64,000 nucleotides of DNA from an uncultured Methylomirabilota bacterium (lineage in GTDB: Bacteria > Methylomirabilota > Methylomirabilia > Methylomirabilales > 2-02-FULL-66-22): assembly GCA_963705305.1 (NCBI GenBank), contig OY970067.1, positions 1,632,001-1,696,000 of the forward strand, written 5' to 3'. The translations under genes and the position numbers were made by a program. Positions 1-9,669 of the stretch are shown here, one piece after another. The notes under the pieces are model-generated. The model made no database searches. It saw only the letters and a program-made list of their open reading frames with translations, and was not told where the DNA came from. Every line of letters starts with the position of its first letter. The stretch's first letter is position 1.

Positions 1-1261
1 TCTCGCCTACGCTCTGCGCGCGCTCGCGGGGCAACCGGCGGCGGACCGCGATAATGTACGCCACCACCCAGAAGGAGACCATCATAAGGAAGGCCGGCAG
101 CAGGCTGGCGGCGAACATGGCGCCGACCGACACGTTCGCCAGCCACGAGTAGACGATCGTGGCGATGCTGGGCGGGATGAGCATTCCCATCGAGCCGGAC
201 GCGGCTTGCAGCGCGGACGCGAAGGCCTTGTCGTACCCCCGCTTGACCATCTCCGGAAGCATGATGGATCCGATGGCCGCCGTGTCGGCCACCGGAGAGC
301 CGGAGATGTCCGAGAAGATCCCGCTACTCACGATGTCCACAAACGCGAGCCCTCCCCGGAAGCGTCCGACCAGGGTGGTGCAGAAGTCCACCAATCGCCG
401 AGCCACCCCACCGAACTGCATGAGCGATCCGGTGAGCATGAAGAACGGAATCGCCATGAGAATGGGATTGGTCACCCCGGAGAAGAGGCGCTGGGGGAGG
501 ATCAGCAGCGGCTGCGAGGTCGCCATCAAAGTCAGGAGCGACGAGAGAATCAGGACGATGGCAATGGGCAGTCCTCCGAGGAAACCGGCGACCAAGGAGA
601 CGATGAGCAGGTAATTGATTCCGGCCGACGGCAGGAACGGTATCCCGGCGAGAATCACGGCAACGATCAGCGCCGGCGCCACGAGGCTACGGAGCGACGC
701 GGACAGGCCGCGCAGGCGCACCGCCACCTGGGCGAGGAAATGCAGGACAAAGCCAGCGCCCGCAATGGGCATCACCAGCAGCGGGTACGTCATGGGAATC
801 TGCAGGGCGGGGGAGAGCTGCTCAAACATGGCCCGGCAGGCGATGATGCCTTGCCACACGAGGACCAGGCCGATGGCGAGCGAAAAGAGATCGGAGAGGT
901 GGTGCAGCCGCGTAGCCAGGGGCGGCGGGAGCCTGTCAGCGAGGACGCCAACCGCCGGCACCTGTCCGCGGCACACCGTCACCGTTGCCCCCAGGTACAC
1001 TATCCAGGCGAAGAGGAAGCCCGCGACCTCCTCCGGCCACGGCAAGGGGTCGTTCAAGAGATAGCGGAACACAACCTGGAGGCTGACGGCTCCGATCATG
1101 GCCGCCATCAGGATCGACGAGGCCGCCGATGCGCCCGCATCATACCAGGCGCTCGCCCGCTCGACTGCACGGGTCAGGCGTCCCGCAGGGGCGTCCCCCT
1201 CCGCCCCGGGCGACGCCAGAGGGAGGGCCGGCGGATTCACACCGCGCCAACTGCCTGACAT
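1..1261 (-). CDS. Fused TRAP transporter small+large permease (DctQ-DctM); runs off the left edge
   Basis: Translated by hand; it is absent from the ORF track because there is no stop in the window. ATG at 1261 follows a G-rich RBS. A DctQ-like part (QVLFRYLLNDPLPWPEEVAGFLFAW) continues in frame into DctM motifs (LMAIPFFMLTGSLM, ISGSPVADTAAIGSIMLPEM, GMLIPPSI). Confidence 0.9.
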   Translation of the reverse strand, partial: MSGSWRGVNPPALPLASPGAEGDAPAGRLTRAVERASAWYDAGASAASSILMAAMIGAVSLQVVFRYLLNDPLPWPEEVAGFLFAWIVYLGATVTVCRGQVPAVGVLADRLPPPLATRLHHLSDLFSLAIGLVLVWQGIIACRAMFEQLSPALQIPMTYPLLVMPIAGAGFVLHFLAQVAVRLRGLSASLRSLVAPALIVAVILAGIPFLPSAGINYLLIVSLVAGFLGGLPIAIVLILSSLLTLMATSQPLLILPQRLFSGVTNPILMAIPFFMLTGSLMQFGGVARRLVDFCTTLVGRFRGGLAFVDIVSSGIFSDISGSPVADTAAIGSIMLPEMVKRGYDKAFASALQAASGSMGMLIPPSIATIVYSWLANVSVGAMFAASLLPAFLMMVSFWVVAYIIAVRRRLPRERAQSVGE

Positions 1262-1361
1262 CCCCCTGTCTCCCTCGCGCGTGCCGGCCCCGGCCCCAGC
1301 TGCACCAGCCGTTGTATCCGGCCCGCCGCGAAGACGGCGACGGCCCGGACCGGTGCGTCCC

Positions 1362-2111
1362 CTACCGCTCGCCCGGGTGTCCGTGGGGCGCGGCCGTGAA
1401 GTCCACCAACATCTGATACCGATCGCCCCGGAAGATGGACTTCCCGCACTGCATCGGCCCTTCGGGCTCAAAGTACCATATGTGCTCGCGGATCAGGACC
1501 GGCGCGCCGACCTTGGTCTCCAACACTCTGGCTTCCTTCCGCCGCGCCGCAGCGGCCGTCACCGTGAGACTCAGCCGAGTCGGCGACTTGCCCAGGATGC
1601 GCCGGAGGGCCGGGACCAGCGGCTGGTTGTGGAGCTCGTCGGACGTCAGTGCCTCGCCGACCGGCCTGGGCACGTACCGGATCTCGTACCCGACTACCCG
1701 CCCGTTCACGAAGCGCAGCCGCTCCAGGGCCACCACCACCGTCCCCTCGGCCAGGCCGAGACCCTCGGCGATCTTGCCCTCTACCGGCTCCAGCCGTCTG
1801 TCCAGCAGTTTGATGGCGGTGCGCGACCCGCGCGCCCGCATCTCTTCCTCGAAGCTCAGGAAGGGTTTGCTGTGCTCCAGGCGCGCCTCTGCCACAAAGC
1901 TCCCCCGGCCGCGGTGCCGCTCGATCAGGCCCTCGAACACGAGGCGGGCCAGGCCCTGGCGGACAGTCGTCCGACTGACGGCGAACTGCTGGCAGAGCTG
2001 GGATTCGGGGGGGACGGGGTCGCCCGGCTTCAGGGCGCCGGTCCGAATGCTCTCGCGGAGATGATGCTCAAGGCGATAGTAGTTCGGGATGAAGTTCTCG
2101 GTCGCGCGCAT
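1362..2111 (-). CDS. GntR family regulator, HutC/UTRA subfamily
   Basis: HTH PPESQLCQQFAVSRTTVRQGL and a UTRA-type C-terminus (LERLRFVNGRVVGYE...FRGDRY). Likely start is ATG 2111 after GGAGGAG. Confidence 0.93.
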   Translation of the reverse strand: MRATENFIPNYYRLEHHLRESIRTGALKPGDPVPPESQLCQQFAVSRTTVRQGLARLVFEGLIERHRGRGSFVAEARLEHSKPFLSFEEEMRARGSRTAIKLLDRRLEPVEGKIAEGLGLAEGTVVVALERLRFVNGRVVGYEIRYVPRPVGEALTSDELHNQPLVPALRRILGKSPTRLSLTVTAAAARRKEARVLETKVGAPVLIREHIWYFEPEGPMQCGKSIFRGDRYQMLVDFTAAPHGHPGER

Positions 2112-2142
2112 GATCGCTCCTCCCCTTTGGGCAAGGGAAAAC

Positions 2143-2172
2143 ATAATATTTGTCATGACATTGTAACGTCAA
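2143..2172 (-). promoter_or_regulatory. Sigma70-like promoter with a palindromic operator in the spacer
   Basis: Minus strand reads TTGACG-N18-TATTAT, with the perfect palindrome TGTCATGACA (2151-2160) between the boxes, directly upstream of the HutC-type gene. Confidence 0.65.
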
Positions 2173-2199
2173 GATCAATTTTCGGTACGCCACCTCCTC

Positions 2200-2386
2200 C
2201 GCATGGGTCGACGCAGCCGTGACCGCGATGGGGGTCCGGGTCCTCCGGACCCCGGCGCAGGCGTCCGTGGCAAACGCGTAGTGCGAGCGGCTCGTGGCGC
2301 GATCGATTCTCGGTGGGCTCCGTCACGAATACAGCCTGGAAAGCCGTGCAGCGCGACCGGACGAACGAATGAATTTGCGGAGAACA
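2200..2386 (+). mobile_element. Internally deleted 3' remnant of an IS481-like integrase-core element
   Basis: Encodes VRVLRTPAQASVANA..CERLVARSILGGLRHEYSLE, matching the transposase at 20131-21246. Ends in GAATTTGCGGAGAACA, like that element's terminal repeat. Confidence 0.75.
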
Positions 2387-2493
2387 ACGACGTCGTGGGA
2401 AGGAACAGGCCGGCTCACCTGGGGTGGTTGAGATCCAAGAATCGTGATGCGTCCTCTCTACCCTCACAGGCGCGTTTTCGGGCACGTTTTCGG

Positions 2494-2525
2494 AAAAAAA
2501 CAGGGGGCCCTTTCGGAACCCCCTG
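2494..2525 (-). terminator. Intrinsic terminator-like hairpin downstream of the tRNA fragment
   Basis: Minus strand: CAGGGGG-loop-CCCCCTG followed by T7. Confidence 0.6.
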
Positions 2526-2532
2526 ATTTCAT

Positions 2533-2575
2533 TGGTGGGCGAAGGTGGTTTCGAACCACCGACCCCCTGCTTGTA
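2533..2575 (-). tRNA. 3' half of tRNA-Val(TAC); att-site remnant, not a complete tRNA
   Basis: Minus strand reads TACAAGCAGGGGGTCGGTGGTTCGAAACCACCTTCGCCCACCA: anticodon TAC, T-arm GGTGG-TTCGAAA-CCACC, acceptor 3' strand and CCA. No D-arm or 5' acceptor strand upstream. Confidence 0.85.
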
Positions 2576-2718
2576 GCCAGGATCACGACTTTCTGTCCCT
2601 TCCAGCATAGTCCAGAATGACTTGTGTTATCAGTAACTTACGCGAATTCTCTTTTAGTCTGTCCAAGCCCATTTTGGCCTGTTTTTGATGCTCCTGCTTA
2701 CTGGATGCTTACTGAGTT

Positions 2719-3122
2719 TCACATGCTCCCGGCATTCTTGGATTCGGCTGATCGACCGAGTCGGGCCTGGCCTCCGTCCCTGCCTTCTTCCACCAAACGA
2801 TGAAGCAACTTCGCCACGACCGATTTTTTGCGGACGACACGCCGGGGTGTCCCCTGCCGCTCGCGGTAGAGGGCCAACTGCTTCCGGAGGAAGAGATTCT
2901 CGGCGGCCAAAGCAACCCGCGAGCGGAGGCTGGCCCCCACGAATTGCACGAGATCGGCCGCGAGTCTCACCAGAACCCGGGCACAGTGAACCCCCGGCTG
3001 TAGACTTTGCATGAATCTGGGCTCCTCTCTTTCGGACTGGAACGGGGGCCGCAGGTTAGGGCGCGAGTGTGGGGAGTTTACCAGGACGGGATGCGGTGCG
3101 GACAGAATATTTGCGGACTACA
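2719..3122 (-). mobile_element. 5' remnant of an IS481-like integrase-core element
   Basis: FVGASLRSRVALAAENLFLRKQLALYRERQ is nearly identical to the N-terminus at 21246. Terminal sequence TGTAGTCCGCAAATATTC at 3122. Confidence 0.8.
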
Positions 3123-3131
3123 ACCCCCGAA

Positions 3132-3509
3132 TCACTGGGAAACAGAGGTCTTCAGGGCCTTCCCTTTGATGTCCCACAGCGCCGCCTCGATCGCAGCAGC
3201 GACGCGCAGGACCGGTACGCCCGTCGGCTTGTGGAGCTGGAGGGCACGGTGGGAGAATTGCTCGATCCGGAACGGGTCCATGCCTATGAGCGTGGGCTCC
3301 CAATCCCGAAGAATGCCCAAGACCGTCTGGGGAGAGCCGTCAACCACCGCCTCCCCGAAGCCGCAAATCCCGGCATCGGTCTGCACCTCCACCAGCACGG
3401 TCTCGCGCCGTGCTAAGGACACCATGGACCGGGTCAGGCTGGTCACTCTGACTGGCACCGCTACATTTCTCCTACACGAGAGCCAAACGGATTCCTCCGG
3501 CCGAATCAC
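3132..3509 (-). pseudogene. Mandelate racemase/muconate lactonizing enzyme family, N-terminal fragment
   Basis: VLVEVQTDAGICGFGE and AAIEAALWDIKGKAL motifs. Truncated next to the IS end at 3122. Confidence 0.85.
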
Positions 3510-3550
3510 GCGCCCTGCTCCGCACCTCTCGTGTCGCTCCGGTCGGCGAC

Positions 3551-3598
3551 CGGCCTGCCCCCGTTGATTGTTCCACCCGCAGTGTTAGTTCAAACCGG
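3551..3598 (-). repeat. Solo IS3 (IS407-group-like) right end
   Basis: CGGCCTGCCCCCGTTGATTGTTCCACCCGCAGTGTTAGTTCAAACCGG matches 8700-8746 and the reverse complement of 39721-39769. Confidence 0.75.
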
Positions 3599-3714
3599 GT
3601 CCGTGCCTTTTACCATTGGCCAATTTCCGAGGGGGCAGCTCAGGGGTGCGGCCGAATGTCATCTATTCCATGCTCTGATTAGTAACGCCGATCGCGCCTA
3701 CCCACCGCTGGCGA

Positions 3715-4638
3715 CTACAGGTCGAGCAGCTTGGCGGGATTCACCGCCACCATCTGGCGGACCTCGTCCTCCGTCGCCCCGCACCGTAACATTACTGCGA
3801 TGAAATACTTCATCGCTGCTGGCGGGGAGGGTGCGTATGCTTGACCGGAATCCGTGGTCATGATGCATTTGTGGACTCCGATCTCCCGCATCACCTCAAG
3901 CATCCGTCGGGGATTGACGGGTGTTTCGCAATGGATGAACTGCATCAAGGGAAGGCTGATGCCGAATTCGAACTCGAAATACACCGGGTAGGTGCTCAGC
4001 TTCTTTAAGTCATCGGCTGTGAACCCGATCATCTGCCACATAGTGTGGAGCACGATGATTTTTTTGACACCGCGTGTCAACGCTTCCGGGACCAGTCGAA
4101 CCGTCTCCCGAGCGGAGAGGTGACCTGTCACGAGACAGACATTCGCGTCCGCGATCACCCGGATGACCTCCAGAGTCTCCGGGGTCAATTGACCATCCCG
4201 GAGGATGGTAATCGCCTGCTCCCGCGCGACGGGAAGATTGATCCCGGTGTATTGGATCTTTTCCCGGGCCAGCGCGTGGTGCAAGGAGTCGCCCGTCGGG
4301 AAATACACCAGCTTAGCTCCCGCGCCGTGTTCCACCGCGACGGCCACCGCGCGGGGATTGATGCCCCCGCAAACGAGGTTCAGCACGATGGAGCCAAAGG
4401 TGTGGAACCCCGGCACGCATTTGTTGGCGAAATAGGCGGTGGCGGTGGTCGGAAAGCTCGTATCCTTGAGGACCATCCCCTTCATTCCCATGTTGCGGGC
4501 CGCCTGCGCAATCTCCACCGCGTCGCCCATATGGTGGTGGGAGGCGACGTGGGGATTGGCGTGCACATGCATGTCGATGGCACCTCGCAGGAGCTCTCCC
4601 GCGAGTACATCGAGGTTCCTCTGCGCGGTCCGAGTCAT
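3715..4638 (-). CDS. Amidohydrolase-fold metal-dependent hydrolase (DUF6282-like)
   Basis: AIDMHVHANP (HxH), GSIVLNLVCGGIN, VTGHLS, TTDSGQ and NPAKLL motifs. Confidence 0.8.
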   Translation of the reverse strand: MTRTAQRNLDVLAGELLRGAIDMHVHANPHVASHHHMGDAVEIAQAARNMGMKGMVLKDTSFPTTATAYFANKCVPGFHTFGSIVLNLVCGGINPRAVAVAVEHGAGAKLVYFPTGDSLHHALAREKIQYTGINLPVAREQAITILRDGQLTPETLEVIRVIADANVCLVTGHLSARETVRLVPEALTRGVKKIIVLHTMWQMIGFTADDLKKLSTYPVYFEFEFGISLPLMQFIHCETPVNPRRMLEVMREIGVHKCIMTTDSGQAYAPSPPAAMKYFIAVMLRCGATEDEVRQMVAVNPAKLLDL

Positions 4639-4915
4639 GCGGTCCTCCTAATGTGTTCCGCGGGTCCGGCATGCGACCCCCTGCCTTCCCGTAGGTCAGC
4701 GGTCCCCGTAGGTTCCGATCTGAGGTGGCCAGGATCTTGTGTCCCCCCGGCACCACCCGGGCCGGCTCAGCGCCTGATTTGCATTGATGCGCTCCCCTTC
4801 TCTTGGCCGGCCAGACGCGTCGGGAAAGGATTGATCTCCGACCCGGCTATGTCGTCGGGTGCCGAGCGCAGAAGGTGAAGCGCTTGACCTTGTGGTGGTC
4901 CGTCTGGCCCCTGGC

Positions 4916-5677
4916 TCATACGGTGAGGCGGCCTCCGTCCACGACCATTACGTCGCCAGTTATAAAGTCGCCACGAATCGCGAGGAACAGGGCCGCGTCG
5001 GCGAGGTCCTGCGGTGTCCCCGTTCGCTTCAGGGGTGTCTCCTGGGCAATCCGGGCGATTCGTGCGTCCAGATTCGGCTGGCCCTCGTTCCAGCGGGTAT
5101 CCACCGTGAAGCCTGGGGCGATGACGTTCACCGAAATCTCGGGTCCGAGCGTCTTGGCCAAACACTTGCTTAGGTGGATCACTGCGGCCTTGGTGCAGCA
5201 GTAGGCCAGGGAACTCCCCTGGGGCTTGAGGCCCGCAACCGAGGCCAGGTTGATGATCCGGCCACGCCCCTGTTTTTTCATGGGAGGGACCACCGCACGA
5301 CAGCAGAAGAAGGTGCCCTTGACGTTCACGGCGAACAACCGGTCCCAGGCGTCTTCGGTCATCCCCTCCAGGTCATGGAACCCCACGAAGTTGGTGATCC
5401 CGGCATTGTTCACCAGAATATCGATCCGTCCGAAGCGCCTTAGAACCTCGGCCACCATGGCCCGGACCTCGGTGTCCCGGGACACGTCCGCCTGAATCAC
5501 CAGCGGCTCCCCTCCTACCTTTTTAACCAGAGACGCGGTACTTTCGGCCTCTTTCTGCGACTTCGAATAGTTCACGACGACCTTGGCCCCTTCCCGGCCG
5601 TACGCCTCGGCGATGGCGCGGCCTATGCCAATCGCTGCCCCCGTCACCAAGGCTACCTTCCCTTCGAGTTGTCCCAT
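4916..5677 (-). CDS. Short-chain dehydrogenase/reductase (FabG-like)
   Basis: TGAAIGIG, NNAG and YCCTK catalytic motif. Confidence 0.93.
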   Translation of the reverse strand: MGQLEGKVALVTGAAIGIGRAIAEAYGREGAKVVVNYSKSQKEAESTASLVKKVGGEPLVIQADVSRDTEVRAMVAEVLRRFGRIDILVNNAGITNFVGFHDLEGMTEDAWDRLFAVNVKGTFFCCRAVVPPMKKQGRGRIINLASVAGLKPQGSSLAYCCTKAAVIHLSKCLAKTLGPEISVNVIAPGFTVDTRWNEGQPNLDARIARIAQETPLKRTGTPQDLADAALFLAIRGDFITGDVMVVDGGRLTV

Positions 5678-6120
5678 GATGCCTCCTAGCGAACCTTCGC
5701 CTCAAAAGGACGAGTAAGGGCGACGTCTGTGGGTAAGAGTTCTCCGTTCCCACGAACGCCGGTTGGGCGATACCCCCTCCTTGGCTCCCGCACCAAGGAG
5801 GAAGCCATACACACGTCACGGAACCTATCAGGGGGCACGTAACGTTGACTGGAATCCGTGGACCGGCTTTCCCTCAACGAGTACGTGCCGCGGCTGTCGG
5901 GCAAGGACGGGCCCATGGGGTTCCTCAACCGCGGCCACGGGCCAACCCGCCCCCGGCCGCAAGTTCCGCCAGTCGCGCGTCATGGCCCTCCTTGCGCCCC
6001 CCTGCCTCTTCGGCCTCACCCCCGATGGTCTCGAACTGAAATCCTGTGGCTGAATGAGGTCCCTTGGCGGCCAGGGATTCTCATATCCATGAACACGCTT
6101 GCCGAGGCTGTCTCCTTCAC

Positions 6121-6900
6121 CTAGCCTCGGTAGCTTGTTAGCAATTCATCAAAAGCTTTCCTCCTCAGCGGGACATCAATTCCGGCAAAGATAATCCGTG
6201 CTCCCCAGCTCACGTACCGCTTCGCTTCGCCGGGACTGGAGACACCCATAGTTGTCAGCTTTCCAGCCTTCCGCGCGGCTACGAAGATCTCCTCGATCCG
6301 TGGCGCCAGCACCGTTTTTGCCTCCGACGGACGCAGGCCCTTTGAGATGCCCCAGTCCGTTGGGCCGACCGTAATCATATCCACCCCATCAACGGCCAGG
6401 ATGGCACTCAGATTCTCGTAACCGCGGTCATCTTCAATTAGCGCCATCAGGTGAGTCGCGGCATTCGCTTCGGCGAGAGTTTCGAGCGGATCCGGCCCGA
6501 GCGTGAAATCATTCCCGGCAGCGCAGGATGAAACACCTCGATTGCCCAGGGGCGGATATTTGGCGAGTTCGACAAAACGCTGGGCCTCAGCCGCCGACGC
6601 GACCTGCGGAAGCACGAGGACTTGGAAGCCACCATCCAGGAGACTTTGTATATGGGTTCGCGTGAGTTCAATGACCCGGGCTAACGGCACCATGCCGAGG
6701 TGAGTTATCGTCCGACACAGGCGCAACGCGTCAATAGTGGAAATAGCGCCGTGTTCGAGGTCGATCCACACAACGTCGCAGCCCACCTGTGCCAGGAGTT
6801 CCATGTCGGTGAGCGTAGGATCCCGGCAGATGATGCCGAGGAGAGTGCCCTTTTGCCCGAGAAGTCTTGCTAGAGAATCGACCATCCCTCTGCCCTCCAT
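6121..6900 (-). CDS. HpcH/HpaI class II pyruvate aldolase family
   Basis: WIDLEHG, LARV, YPPLGNRG, LIED and VGPTD motifs. Confidence 0.9.
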   Translation of the reverse strand: MEGRGMVDSLARLLGQKGTLLGIICRDPTLTDMELLAQVGCDVVWIDLEHGAISTIDALRLCRTITHLGMVPLARVIELTRTHIQSLLDGGFQVLVLPQVASAAEAQRFVELAKYPPLGNRGVSSCAAGNDFTLGPDPLETLAEANAATHLMALIEDDRGYENLSAILAVDGVDMITVGPTDWGISKGLRPSEAKTVLAPRIEEIFVAARKAGKLTTMGVSSPGEAKRYVSWGARIIFAGIDVPLRRKAFDELLTSYRG

Positions 6901-7214
6901 TATATTGGGGGTTCAGTTGAACTCCGCAGTTGAGGTCGTGATCGACAGATGTCCCATTCGACGCGCCCGGCGTCACCTTTTGAGGCGGATTTCAACACAC
7001 GTTCATAACGGCTCGGCTGCACGAGTCTCGGCTGTTGTGGGCCTAGTCGTGCTGTGCGCTCGGCTCCCATTCAGGTACCCTCTCCATTATGTTAACCGGG
7101 CGCCGCCATAACATCGTAGACTGATTTTAGAGACCCTCTATCGCGAAAATTGACTTGCAGCTGCTTGCTGCTCACCGAGTCGTAGGGCCCCTCGCCCTCA
7201 TGGCATGGGGACTC

Positions 7215-8390
7215 TTACTTCTTGATCTGCTGGCCCCCCACCTCTCTGTCCCACCGGTCAAAGGCATAACTGAGTTTCCTGATCGGGAGTTCGGGCGTCA
7301 ATCCCCACTTCGTGCCGATCTGGTCATACTCCGGCCGCCAGAACTCTCTCACATACTTCTGCAGGTCCGTCGGCGCCTTATCCGCCGTGGCGGCCTTGAT
7401 GGATGGGCCGACGAAGGCTTTCCAGGTGAGGGCCTGCTGGTCGGGTCGCCGCATGAACTTCATCAGGTCGAGAATGACCTCGATCTCGTTCTGCGGCACC
7501 CCTTTCGGGATCCCCCAGTAGTGGCTGCCCGAGACCACGAAGGAGGTGTTGTCCAAGATGGTGATCTTGGAATCCGGGGGGATCATGCCCTCGGCGCGCG
7601 GCCGCATATCCCACTCCGTGTTGCCTGCAATCATCCACCGCTCCTCACTGGCGAACTCCCTCAAGGTGACGGTGGTGCCGGTCGGGTAGTAGTCGATATA
7701 CCTCCCAAGCTCCTTCAAGAATGGCCACGTCTTGTCCCATCCCTTCTCGGGGTCCTTGGGGTTCTTATCCTTGAGGATAAACGGCATTCCGACGAGGAGG
7801 GCACCGCCGGGGCCACTGCTCGCCGGCCGGGCGTACATGAACCTGCCGGGATTTGCCTTGGCCCAGGCCAGAAGCTCTTCTGCGGTTCTGGGCGGATTGG
7901 GCACCTTTTTGGGGTTGTAGATGAAAACCGGGCCACCCGGATCGGCCGTCGAGGGCAACAGGTATCCTTCCCCTCCATCCTGGAGCATCTTTCCTTCTTC
8001 CGTCAACTCGTTCCGGGGGAACAGCGTATCGTAGGTCGGGAAGAGCTTGATGAGCTGACCACCGAGGACCAGCCACGCGCCCGCATCCTGGCCTACCATG
8101 AGCAGATTGATGTCCAATCGCCCCGCATCCTGCTGGGCCTTGATCTTCGACGGCACTTCTGGCTGCGGCGCCCGCTGGACCTTGAGTTCCTTGATCTTGT
8201 TCGGGAATGCCTTCATGTAGTTGTTCAGGATTACCCCAACCGAATCCATGTCTCCGGCCGAATCGAGGACTGAGAGCGTGATCGGCTGCTGGGCGGAGGC
8301 AGGCTGCCACGTTCCGCCGACCGCGAGTCCCAGTGCGACGAGTGGCACTACGACACGAAACACAACGGACCTCCCGTGACGCTGTTGCAT
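7215..8390 (-). CDS. ABC-type extracellular solute-binding protein (polyamine/iron-like clan); no adjacent permease
   Basis: Signal peptide ending ASA-Q. FIYNPKKVPNPPRTAEELLAWAKANPGRFMYARPASSGPG and WGIPKG motifs. Confidence 0.85.
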   Translation of the reverse strand: MQQRHGRSVVFRVVVPLVALGLAVGGTWQPASAQQPITLSVLDSAGDMDSVGVILNNYMKAFPNKIKELKVQRAPQPEVPSKIKAQQDAGRLDINLLMVGQDAGAWLVLGGQLIKLFPTYDTLFPRNELTEEGKMLQDGGEGYLLPSTADPGGPVFIYNPKKVPNPPRTAEELLAWAKANPGRFMYARPASSGPGGALLVGMPFILKDKNPKDPEKGWDKTWPFLKELGRYIDYYPTGTTVTLREFASEERWMIAGNTEWDMRPRAEGMIPPDSKITILDNTSFVVSGSHYWGIPKGVPQNEIEVILDLMKFMRRPDQQALTWKAFVGPSIKAATADKAPTDLQKYVREFWRPEYDQIGTKWGLTPELPIRKLSYAFDRWDREVGGQQIKK

Positions 8391-8699
8391 ACCATTCCTC
8401 CTGCGGACTGACTCTTAGGTCCGCGCTGATGGGAAAGACCCGCGTCAGCAGTTGGCAAGCCAGTGTGCTTGCCGAGCTCTTCTTTATACCGGCCTACCGA
8501 AAACTCCCATCAAGAATGAGGCACCCTCGGTCACAGATTAGTAGTACCACGCAAGCAGGCTCGACAGAGATTCCCAACGATCGGCCTTGTTCGAACGAAT
8601 CGGGGTCATCTTCGATCCACAGGACTCGAGACTAAAGACGGTCATAGATGATCCCATCGGAGTGCGGCACCTTCTGCGTGCGCTCAACCCGGGTGAAAC

Positions 8700-8746
8700 T
8701 GGCCTGCCCCCATCGATTGGTCCACCTGCAAAGTTAGTTCAAACCT
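8700..8746 (-). repeat. Solo IS3 (IS407-group-like) right end
   Basis: TGGCCTGCCCCCATCGATTGGTCCACCTGCAAAGTTAGTTCAAACC; same family as 3551-3598 and 39721-39769. Confidence 0.75.
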
Positions 8747-8772
8747 TCTGCCACAGGGCACGGAAGGCTTCA

Positions 8773-9669
8773 TCAATAGGGCATCGTCCGTTTGGTGTAC
8801 TTGCGTCCGATCTCAGCGGTTGCCGCGCCCTCTTCCGATCCCCCGCCGGTCGCGAAGATCTTGATGCCAGCTTCAATCTGATTTGTGATCTCTTCAGGGG
8901 CAACGTCCTCCTGGAAGAACAGCCCTGCCGCTAGGCAGGCTGTCACAATGCGGGATCGGACCGCCTCGATGTCCGGCGGGTATGGTTTCGGGGGGGTGCT
9001 GGTGTATCCCATCGAGAGGCTCATGTCGTTCACGCCCCATTCGCCAAAGCAGAGCCCGGGGACGCGCACGGTCTTCTCGCAGTTTTCGACGCACCACTTG
9101 GTCTCGATCTTCAGTCCAAGCATCAGTTCACCATTCGGGTTCAGGGGCCACACATCCGCCCGTTGCTTGTATTCGGCCACGGAGAGTCCCCAGACAAATG
9201 CCGGAGTTTTCTCGTCGCTGTGCCCCCGCCGGCCCTCCTCCAGTCCCTGGCCGACGCCCGCCCGGTGGAACGCAAAGCGGCAGGTCTCGACAAAGGCTCT
9301 TGCTGCCTCAGGTGTCTCCGCGTGACACAGGTGGAGCCCATGAACACCGGTGTTGAGCAATTGCCGAATGATCCAGGCGTTGGCCCGAAGCGTCTGCTCA
9401 TTGCGGCCTTCCAGTGGCATGGTAACGATCACGGCGGGAGTGCGATGCCCGCTCTTCGTGGGCCCCCCGTCCACCAGACCGCGCATAAACTCCCGGAGGC
9501 GTGAGACGTCGAATGGCGTCAACTCCATGTTGTAATCGATATAGTCCGCCCAGGTACGGGCCAGGGCCAGCCCGCCCGGATACTTCTGTTCGGCTGGATC
9601 GGCGACCCGACGGTAATACACGGGTTGACCTTGCGCCAATAATTCGATAACCTTATTAATTCTCGGCAT
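8773..9669 (-). CDS. HpcH/HpaI aldolase/citrate lyase family protein (divergent)
   Basis: LLNTGVHGLHLCHAETPEAARAFVETCRF, WPLNPNGELMLGLKIET and EWGVNDMSLSMG. Confidence 0.8.
   Translation of the reverse strand: MPRINKVIELLAQGQPVYYRRVADPAEQKYPGGLALARTWADYIDYNMELTPFDVSRLREFMRGLVDGGPTKSGHRTPAVIVTMPLEGRNEQTLRANAWIIRQLLNTGVHGLHLCHAETPEAARAFVETCRFAFHRAGVGQGLEEGRRGHSDEKTPAFVWGLSVAEYKQRADVWPLNPNGELMLGLKIETKWCVENCEKTVRVPGLCFGEWGVNDMSLSMGYTSTPPKPYPPDIEAVRSRIVTACLAAGLFFQEDVAPEEITNQIEAGIKIFATGGGSEEGAATAEIGRKYTKRTMPY

Noticed and set aside
159..2222. Long plus-strand ORFs (206-1258, 1098-2222 and others)
   Set aside because: Antisense shadows of the GC-rich TRAP and GntR genes, with no motifs.
2533..2610. 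Complete tRNA gene
   Set aside because: Similarity stops at the anticodon; there is no D-arm or 5' acceptor strand.
5690..6110. Short ORF MTRDWRNLRPG with an RBS
   Set aside because: Short, with no recognisable motif; likely a remnant.
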